DNA of 64,000 bases from the human T2T-CHM13v2.0 reference genome, Homo sapiens, in the NCBI RefSeq assembly GCF_009914755.1, contig NC_060932.1; one strand, given 5' to 3'. Positions 53,368 through 64,000 of this stretch are shown one piece after another; position 1 is the first letter of the stretch, and every line of letters begins with the position of its first letter. Under the pieces are notes generated by a model. That model made no database searches and was not told the DNA's origin. It saw only the letters and a list, made by a program, of their open reading frames with translations. The translations under genes and the position numbers were made by a program.

Positions 53368-55464
53368 TTAAACAACTGATGGAAGAGCAAAAAGGAGATA
53401 ACTTGGGAGAAATTGCTGCAGGCACTTGCACCTCACTCTCATGTGTAGCTTTCCTTCCCACTCCTTCTAAGCTCCTTTCCCTGCGCTCTGCCTTTCGTGA
53501 CCCTCATGCCCCATAACCCAATGGAGAGACAGTTCTGTTTTAAACATAGGAGCTCCCTCTGCTATATGGAAGTACAGGCTTAATGTACTTTTACCAAATC
53601 TTACGACTCTATAACATTTATGTTATTAGTGCCAGCTGACGGATAAGAAAAACTAGATTTAGAGTGATTATTTAACTTGCCTCAAAATCTGAGCACTTAT
53701 CTAGTGCCAGCTTACTACTCACCCTTGAGTGTAAGTTTGTGCTCACTACACGTTGAATACGACGGTAAGAAATCAAATTGCTTGCCTATCTTCCATGGAC
53801 CACATTTATGTTTGTATCCATGGATGGTTAACAGACTAAGAACAGGGAAAAAAATTAAGTCCATGTTCTGGCAATGCCCTTGTCCTCAGGTGTGAAGCAG
53901 AATCAATCAGCTAGAATAATTAAAACAAAGAAAACAGGTATACTAGCAAAGTTTTCGTTGCCATGCAATATAACTGAAAACCTCAGAATGTATCTGCTTT
54001 TATTATTTTTCACAGGTATTTTTGTAATCCAAATGAATTTAAGGACTAATATTTACTTCATTACTCATGTTTCAAGCAGAAAGACCAGAATGGTTTTCAT
54101 TTTATCTTAACCCTAAGGCTAGAAGAGCACACTAAGACACACAAAGCCCAGCGGCTGCTCGAGTTACCTTCCTCGACTTCAAAGCTGTCTGGATGAAGAG
54201 AAAAGCTCGACAGAAACTCTCTTCTTTGCAGAAACCTCTTCAGCAAGTCAAAACAAAGTGCACTTAAGATGAACTGAATATTTTTCAAAATATTCTAAAA
54301 TTTTCCACCAAGTTTCTTGGGAACACTTTTTCAAACAAGGCTTTGTTTATCAATGAAAATACAGCCTGCATTTTCTTTGAGGAGCTTGTGTCTCAGAAAG
54401 ATTGAATAGGTAAGTCTTTAGGAATTCCCAGCTTCTCGAAATGCTTACTCTGATTTAGTGAAAAACATCCATTGAGTAGGTTTTAATTATCTGTAGATCT
54501 AAAAAGAATGTGTTTTACTCCACTGTTATTTTCCCCCAAAGGATTTCATTAAAGATTGAAATTCAGCTCCTGCTTAAACCCCTGGAAAATTTTTACTGTA
54601 ATCTACAGGTACAGCCTGTTTAAATTCTTAGTTTACTTGCCCTTTACCATTTTAATCTTTCTCGTCCTCAAGCAACTGCTTGAAATACAATGAAAAATGT
54701 CAAATCCAATATTCATTCATGAGTTTCAAAAGTATGCTGACTAAAACTTAGAATTTTAACCATCACATAATAAACTTTATAATGCAAAATGCATGTTATA
54801 TATTTAAGCCAGCTACAATCAAAAGAAGCGTAGTGGGATTTTTTTTTACATGAGTCCAATATTCTTCAGTCTTTTTTGACAAAGGTATACAAAGTTGATT
54901 TTCCATCACTACAACTTATCCCACGAGGAAATTCACTTCCATCCCACAAATACAGAGCTCATTTAAGTGTTTTCAAAGCAGCACTATTGTCACTTAATAT
55001 TCTACATGCTAAGCCAATATTATATGAAAAGATATGTTCCATGCACTTAGTACTTTTGTTACCTTCAATGAAAATTATGTCAACAAATGTGCTGACTTTT
55101 CTTATAGCCACAAGAAAATAAGGTAGCATAAGCCCAATTGTTGACCTGAATATGGAAGACCACAATGACTTTGCTGTAGTTATTTCATGACATAACCACG
55201 CAAAGCAGGGGAGTTGACAGATAATCTTCTCTCAGCCAAATTCAGGGAGCTTCTGCTGTTTTCTGAGTGTCTTGGGGTAAGATCCGAAAGCACCTATTGG
55301 TCCTTTATTGCCTGAGCCATCCTGTGCCTTCCTGTGCTCTTTCACAAACTCCAGACTGTTGTGCCTACCACCTTTTCATCAAAACCTCTCATCTGGAATC
55401 CCTTTCTTTAAAACTGAGAACGTTACTCGGCATGGGGTTGGCAATATACATTGACCAGAGCCCA

Positions 55465-55610
55465 GGTGTGTAAAAGTCAACCTGGCATGACTTAAAATCC
55501 TAACGCTACTACTTTTATCATTTGGAGGTACATTACCTAGGCTCCTCATGCCTCAGTTTCTTTACCCTTAAAATCAGATGAGCCCAGAAGTACTGTTGTG
55601 AAGAACTGCA
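55465..55610 (+). mobile_element. MIR SINE
   Basis: GTCAACCTGG...AAATCCTAACGCTACTACTT...TGCCTCAGTTTCTTTACCCTTAAAAT...TGTTGTGAAGA. Confidence 0.55.
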
Positions 55611-56242
55611 GATTGTAGCTCAATACTGCCCACAGAACCTTCATCAGAATAATCATGATATGCGTTCCACATCCTCGTCCCAGTACTTAATGTGTTCATA
55701 AAGGTTAATTAACCATCCCCAAACCATAGAGCTAGTAATTCCTGTAATAGTAACCTGACACATGATTATTTATCAAAACTGCACTAATTATTATTATTAG
55801 AGATACATTATGATATTGAAAAGTAATGATAACTTAATAGGTTACCTTTCTCCACTAACATTTTGCATTTAACAAAGAGGTGGCTAATGGTTAAAATATC
55901 TGTTTCAGTCCTTTTGGTTTATGATTGATCCTGCCTGTTGCAATTCCACAGCCAATGTAATTTCTCCTTTCAATCTTCTAATAAAGATTGCTCAAGTTGT
56001 TTAGATGAGAATTTTAAAACATTAACCATTTTAATATTTTTTCAGTTAGAGTTTGACAATATTTAGTCATAAGCTTTATCCCATCAAACCATTATATTAA
56101 TCTATGTTTTCATTTAACCTACATTACGTGTCTATACTGGGCAACACTCTGCTAAAAGCTAAAAACGTAGAGATACAAAGATGACTTAGTCATACCTTTT
56201 ACTGCTGAACATCTCAACTCAGCAGTAGAAATTAACATTTAA

Positions 56243-56538
56243 GGCCAGGTGCAGTGGCTAATACCTGTAATCTCAGCACTTTACCAGGCTGAGGCAGGAG
56301 GATCTCTTGAGCCCAGGAGTTCAAGAGCAGTCTGGGCAACATGGCAACCTCATCTTTATAGAAAATTTACACAATTAGCTGGGCACAGTGGTCATGCCTG
56401 TGGTCCCAAGTACTCAGGAGGCTGAGGAGGGGGGATCGCTTAAATCCAGGATGTGGGAGCTTCAGTGACATCTTTGCACCTCTGCACTCCAGCTTGGATG
56501 GCAGAGTGAGACCCTGTCTCAAAAAAAAAAAAAAAAAA
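56243..56538 (+). mobile_element. AluJ
   Basis: GGAGGATCTCTTGAGCCCAGGAGTTC and GAGACCCTGTCTC (J diagnostics); TSD AGAAATTAACATTTA / AGAAACTCACATTTA. Confidence 0.95.
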
Positions 56539-58944
56539 AGAAACTCACATTTATGCAGCTGTTTCACACCCACCTAGTTAATGGTCTAAAGAACAGCAAG
56601 AAGCAGTCAGTGATCGCTTTACCTTGGGGACAAGGGGCTGGTCAGAGTGGTACAAAGTTTACTTTGAATGAGTCCTTATAGGTAATGCCACCATTGCCCT
56701 GTTTAGAGGCCTTCTGATGTAGAAAGAAAACACACACAAAAATTTTGCTTACAAACATATCGGACAGCTTGTCTTTCCGTGCTCTCGTGATGAACTGCCT
56801 GTCCTTCTCTAAGGCACTAATCACAAGGACTTATACCTGTGCACGTCCTGCCTAGGCCAGGGATACCCAGGTACTGAAGAGCTACATTCTGGGAAACTCA
56901 GTTCTGCAAAGGCCCTGAATCACTCCTGAGAAATCTGACAGTACAAGAAGAGTCTTGTTTACAGCAATGGGATTGTGAAACAGACAAAGTGCTTCTAATT
57001 TTCAGCCTCACCTCAACCCTATGCCACAACACCCAAATGAATTCAAGCTTGGTAAAGAAAGGAACCATGAGGTTTCTATTTCCTTTCTTTTTCCTACATT
57101 TCTCACTGCCAGCATCTACCAAGATTTGACACATTAGAGATAATTGATGGCTGTGAAAAAATAACACTTATCTGTAAAATAATTGACAATAACTGAACTT
57201 GTATGTTTGGAGGAACACTTACCGTTTCAGATAATGACTTAGGATCTGTCTTTTTGCTAGATTGTCATCATAGAAGAATCAAGAAGCTACTGCCTGACAA
57301 TGGATTACCAGGAGATTGCAGTTTGTGTGTCAAGAGGAGACATCATAAGCCATTACAAATTAGATAGATGACAAACACATAGATACATAGAACAAACTAT
57401 GACTTGATCGTGGTAGTTTTTTATTGCTAAGAGGTCACAGAAAAATCCACTTAATGCATGCCAACTAATGCCAATGGCAACACTGTATTGCAACCTTGTG
57501 TCATTGTATCTTCGCTTAATTGGAACCATTGGACTTTAAGAAATATAAGCATAGGTCATTCCAGAGTCAAGTGCAGCCTACTGTGAGGTTAATGTGGAAT
57601 GAGCAGGGAAAGAAAGAGAAATCAGCTAAGTGAAGAAATTCTGGGAAAAAAGAAAATCAAGATGATTCCTCTAGAATAGAGTCTAATGAACTTTCAGTGA
57701 ACTTCCTTATGTTACCCAGAAATTATCTGCTGCCTGAAGAAAAAGGTAGCTAATCAACGAGGCATTTAGAGGCCCTTCATTTTAAGGGCTGCACAAAGCA
57801 CTTGGTGAATAACAGGATGATCTACCCTTTACTTCAACTCCAACCATGCGAACTCAAAGTGGGAGGGATGTTTTTTCCATTTTACCTATGCCTTAGGAAA
57901 AAAGAAACTGTAAAACTTCGTTAAATCATCCGTTATTCAATGGACAAAGAATCTAGAATCTGAAAAATGCAACTATTGGCAGATGTCCTTTCATTTTCCA
58001 CACCTGACAAAAAGAGGGAGAATTACAAGAGCATATTGTAGGTTTGACTGGGAAATTAGTGCTCCACTGGGAGTCTTTACTTTGGATCACATCTTCTTCC
58101 TAGTGCTTCAGCAATTACTGCAATACCTTATAGTTAACATCCTTATTCTTATGAATAAAACAATGACAAAGGACAAAACTGCCGTCATTTATTGAATAAC
58201 TACAAATATCCATATGCATTATGGAGTACATTCTATGTGCCAAGCATTTTACACTATCATCTTAGAGTTTTGTCAAGATGCTGCTCATTGCATGGTACAT
58301 ATTTTTTTTTAATATCAGAAGATAATGTGTCTCCAAGGGTTTAAGGAACTCTTACAAAATGTCATGCCAAGGTTTGTTGACTCCACAGCCACCTGGTGAC
58401 ACTCTTTCTTTCGCTTTGGAAAGGTCATGGAATGATGATACTCTGATTTTTGTTCATACTTCAATGAAATGGTCAATAAATATTTACTAGACATTCACAA
58501 ACACATGCCTGTACCTGGCCTTGGGGTTCTAGTCCAATTCCTACAACTTTAGGGAGATGACTGCAGCAGGTCCCCTTCAGGGACCAGCATCTCCCACCCC
58601 CTCCCCTGACACTCAAAGACAAAGCACAGTGTGTGCCACATCCAGAAGGTGCAAGGATGAGGATGAAGAGAAAGCAGCTGACACAAGCAGACACACTCCC
58701 CTGAAAGCTGGGACCTTCGAGATTTAAAATTTTTGTCTGGGAGAAAAAGTGAGGGGAACTCCAAATTCCCACTGCACACATAGTCACTTTCAAAAGGAGC
58801 TTCCTCCAAGCAATGCCACATGTTACCTTACAATCAAACCAGAACCAACCAAAGCTTCTATCTACCCTTCTCTTCGGGAACCTTTTGTGTACTGTTCACT
58901 GAACTGGCATGTATCTCTGTTTTCCTGGTATTTTAATTACACTC

Positions 58945-59345
58945 ACGTACATCAGCAAACATGCATGGAACGCCCTGAGTGTGGGAGGGTTTGGGAGGTG
59001 AGAGGCTGGGATTTGGATGAGGACATTAGCCAGTAATGGAAGTTTGTGATTCTAGTTCTTCCTGAGATGTTCAGTCCTTAGCGCACATGAGGAGATGGAC
59101 AGATTCTTACGGAGATGCAATGCCTGAGTGGTATGCTACAGTGGCAATGAACTTGACACATGACTGAAAGATACAGTGGACATTGACATCTACTAAGAGC
59201 ATCAGGAAGACTTTGGAGAAGAGGCGCTGTGGCCAGGGAAAAAATTACAAATTGTTCATGTAAATAAGTAAGGGGACTTCTCTAGGCAGAAGGAACTGTG
59301 TGAGCTAAAACATGGAGGCATGAGGTATGCAAGGTTTTACAGAAA
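58945..59345 (-). mobile_element. L2 fragment
   Basis: ATCAGGAAGACTTTGGAGAAGAGG...TCTAGGCAGAAGGAACTGTGTGAGCTAAAACATGGAGGCATGAG. Confidence 0.6.
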
Positions 59346-59930
59346 TGATTGGTTGTCTGCTTGTGGTTAAAATTATTACTAGCTGACACTTAGGGATTAT
59401 AGTAAGTGTCAAATCTATCTGCTAAATGCTTTAAATATATATTCTCATATTTCTCACAAAGAAAACTCTCAGGTAAATGTAACAAAGATTTCCATTTAAT
59501 TGTTAAGAAATTAAAGTGGAGAGAGATTACTGATTGGATCAACTCTTAGAACCATTAAAAAGTGGACCCAGAGAGCCGAGACATTCATCCTCAGGGTCAG
59601 TCATCTCATACCCTGTGATAAAAGCAGGTGCATGTGTGTGAGGGCGTATGAGAACTGCTAGATAACAGAAAGCTCCGAACTAGCTCAAGCACTCTAAGTT
59701 TAGTACCCTTGATTCTAAAAGCTCTTGTCTGATTTCATCAAGAAAATTCCTGGCCTGCCCTGGGCACCATTTCTGATTTAAAATAAATGGACCGACCTTC
59801 ATCACTTCAATAGCTTACATTAGAACATCTTATGTGGAAAGTATATACCACTTGCCAATTCTAACTTGGATTTAAATCTGTATTTGAGTTTTCATTTATT
59901 CGTCATTCTGAGAGTAAAATTGATATCCAC

Positions 59931-60308
59931 TGTATTAGTCCATTCTCACACTGCTATAAAAAAAACTATGTGAGACTGGGTAATTTATAAAGAAAAGTGG
60001 ATTAACTGACTCACAATTCCACAGGCTGTTCAGGAGCATGGCTGGGAGGCTTCAGGAAACTTACAACCATGGCAGAAGGGCGAATGGGAAGCAAGCATGT
60101 CTTCATGTGGCAGCAGAAGACAATGGTGAAGGAGGAAGTGCTACACACTTTCAGACAACCAGCTCTCAAGAGAACTCACTGTCATGAGAACAGCAAGAGG
60201 AAAATCTGCCCCCATGATCCAATCACCTCTCACTAGGACCCTACCTCAGCATTGGGGATTACAATTCAACATGAAATTTGGGTGGGGACACAGAGCCAAA
60301 CCCTATCA
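59931..60308 (-). mobile_element. Solo MSTA (MaLR) LTR
   Basis: TGTATTAGTCCATTCTCACACTGCTATAAA...GGGTGGGGACACAGAGCCAAACCCTATCA; flanks TCCAC/CCCAC form a 5-bp TSD with 1 mismatch. Confidence 0.93.
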
Positions 60309-61457
60309 CCCACTAACAGTTGCTGTTAAGTAGATAAGTCATTATAATAAACTGTGATATTCCAAATGGAGCACACGATTTTTGAAAGCAAGGACTTTCT
60401 CCGCTGATACTGTATCTCTGCAACAGAGTAGACAACACTACGTAGAGTGTTGCCTGCACAGCAAGAGCTGGATCAATATCTAGTGGAAGGAGGGTGACTC
60501 TTCAAACCTATTTAAAGAAACTCCTGATTTACATTGACTTCTATTCGTTATCTTAGGATATGATCCCATGGAAGGATAGATCAGCTGACTAAAAGGGAGA
60601 CTTCCAATCAATTGCAAGTTGGCTACGTTGGCTAGCTCTGTACTCTAGTGAAGGTTGTAAATAACAAACCGTACATGTCACTTGGATTGGTGTTCACCAC
60701 CCACCTCCTTGATTCCACAGCGGCCCCTGACTAGTCTTCACTATCTTAGCACCTTGAAGAGTCTCTCACAGGACCCCATTTTTATAAAAATAGACCCGGG
60801 ATGCAATATCGTACGTGGCCAGTAGGTGCCACCATTAGCAATGTAATTTTACTATTGGACTCCTAGAGATATTCAAATGAATTCCTTTTGTTTCTTGTTA
60901 CATAATTGAAAGTTTTTAAACACCTAATTCATACAGATAAAACAAGGATGTGTTATGTCAGGTTTAAATCTGTAATTTTAGAAGACAATACATATTTGAA
61001 CGTGGTAAGGAGAGGGAAGAAAAATATGTTTAGAAGGTAGGACATCAAGTATCTACCGAAAATCATTTATGTGCTACACGTTACATACTGGGAACAGAAA
61101 AACAGGTAAGATTTACTTGATGGTAAGAACGCATCATCTGTAGGAAGATATACGTTAGGAGAGATATAAGCAATATAGCTCTAAGTCCTAACAATATTAT
61201 GAAAAAAAAGCAAAGAGGATTGAGTGGGCACATGCCCATGTATTCACGCAACTTTTAGGCAGGCAGTGAAGTTCGAGCTGAGTTGTAAGGGATCAACACA
61301 TGAAGATAAGGGTGAGCTTTCTGAAAACAACCAATAGAAGGGAAGAACGAAGTAATACGAGTTCAAAAAGAATGAGAACAACGTGGTCCAGGATAAAGAA
61401 TGGCAGAGGAAGTAGCTAGCTAGTGAAAAAGAAGAATGAATTAAAAGGAAAAAAAAA

Positions 61458-62352
<895 letters not shown>

Positions 62353-63752
62353 CTAACACAAATTTTATCTACATTTTGCATATGCATAACCTGAATTGCT
62401 CAGGTGATGAAATGAAAGACATCGGTGAGTTTGCATGTAACATTTTTCTTTTATTTGCCACAATGATTGTGGTCAGTATATTTTAGTTCAACATTTACCC
62501 AATCTCTCTCAGGTGGTAGACACCATGCTAGGTACTGCAGCTGCAAAAATGAGTAATTCTCAACAGTGTTATATCTCATCTAGTATCCAGACATGGAATT
62601 ACTTGTACATCAAGCCAACTACTATGGTCACTAAGTGTTGGTTGATTTAAATGCTGCCTCTTTTTCTCTTTTTGGAAATGTAAGTACAGATTATAAGTAC
62701 AAAGGAGGGAAATTTAATTTATATTTTGAGAATTAATTAGGTACCTTCTAAATGTAAAATATCCTACCAGATTCTAACTAGGATGTGAAAAATAAATAGA
62801 GATGGTTTCTGCCTTCAAACGAGTTCACAGTTTAGAATATTGGACATACACAAGTAATGCAAGAAAAGATCAACTGTCAGAGCTTCAGCTTTCCAATTTT
62901 AAATATAGGTTTTATAAGGCTACTTTAAAACTGGGGTTATTTAAATCGTTAATTGTGAATTGATTCAGGCATTCATCTACCTTGAGGTATTAGATAGGTT
63001 AATTAACTACCATGACTCATTTTTCAAATTATAACGTGAAGACTAATTTTCACTACCTTCTTCCCTTAAGATGTTAATTAATACACTTTAGCAGTGCACC
63101 ATTTCCATGTCTTATGAAGACTTCTATGTGGAGCCATGCCACATCTTGCTGACTGACACTGCCGCCTCAGCTGGGATTGTTATCACCAGCCAGGGGGAAG
63201 AGATTTGTCCAAATTCTCCTTAAGTGCTGTTCCATAGGACTGGCGCTCTTGAATACGGCAGACAGCTAACATGAATCATGCATATGCTAATTGTAATAAA
63301 TAATGAAAATATTTAGACACAGAGAGGTTTGAACTTGAACTTTATGAATAAGTTTTGATTAGTATGCAGTACAAGCTGTATACTCTGCTTTTGTTCTTAC
63401 TCTTAAAAGGCAGTCAGTACTTAATGATGCTTTGAAATTTTAGTTTTTTGTTCATCTCGTCGCTTCCACCTTTCTATCATGGAGCAAAGAAGTCACAAGG
63501 TCTAAACCCCCAGATATCAAAGTACATGTCTCCACAGGAGTCTTGACTCCTGTGTGGACACACTGATGTAATCGGGCCCTGTGTTAGTTTCAGCCAAGAA
63601 AAAAAAAAGTAGACGCTGTCTCCAAAGAAATGAGCCCAAAGCTTAGAGCCACCTCTCACTCTGTCTGAGGCTATGGTTGCTGCTGTGTAGAGTTCTAATG
63701 GGAAACCTCCATGGCTGTTGAAAGGAAACTCTGTAGAACAGATGGCCTTTTT

Positions 63753-63840
63753 TTGTTGTTAAGAGACCACCCAGAAGACAGGGCTCTGGCCTTGATGTTG
63801 TTGTTGTTGTTAAGAGACCACCCAGAAGACAGGGCTCTGG
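63753..63840. repeat. Perfect 37-bp direct duplication
   Basis: TTGTTGTTAAGAGACCACCCAGAAGACAGGGCTCTGG at 63753-63789 and 63804-63840. Confidence 0.95.
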
Positions 63841-63904
63841 GACAGAAAGAAGTGGTAATTAATGAGGGCTTCACTAAGTAATCTGATTTCTAATAGATCC
63901 AAAT

Positions 63905-64000
63905 AATGTTATGTCTAAATTGAAAAGACACTAACACATGCGGGTGAGGATGGGGAGAAAAGGAAACCATTACATACTATTGGGAAGAATGTAAAGCTAT
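63905..64000 (+). mobile_element. L1M ORF2 3' fragment, truncated by window edge
   Basis: AAAAGACACTAACACATGCGGGTGAGGATGGGGAGAAAAGGAAACCATTACATACTATTGGGAAGAATGTAAA. Confidence 0.75.

Noticed and set aside
60816-60833. CTCF-like TGGCCAGTAGGTGCCACC
   Set aside because: Mismatch at a highly conserved G of the core; insufficient without data
63753-63840. Repeat-spacer-repeat as CRISPR-like array
   Set aside because: Only two copies, eukaryotic context, no cas genes; simple duplication

Overview
AT-rich catarrhine primate (human/ape-like) DNA, as shown by AluJ/S/Y, L1PA/PB/M, MaLR LTR, MIR, L2 and MADE1 elements. I found no intact protein-coding exon, RNA gene or CRISPR-type structure. The only gene-derived sequence is a full-length, intronless, disabled retrocopy of PAICS at 13947-15580 (+). 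It has a poly(A) tail, a 12-bp target-site duplication and an unusually CpG-rich retained 5' leader containing a CTCF-consensus motif. From memory, not verified here, this fits PAICSP4 in intron 1 of CSMD1 (8p23.2). The ORF-track ORFs I could assign are pseudogene fragments, repeat translations or microsatellite artefacts, and I recognised none of the rest. I do not see a convincing novel biological system. The most interesting observations are the possible retrocopy-born regulatory island, an ancient twin-primed (5'-inverted) L1, a MADE1 hairpin with concerted arm changes, an inverted-Alu cluster carrying G4, Z-DNA and cruciform-prone sequences, and several templated micro-duplications. Repeat subfamily names come from recalled consensus sequences, and boundaries of old repeats are approximate.
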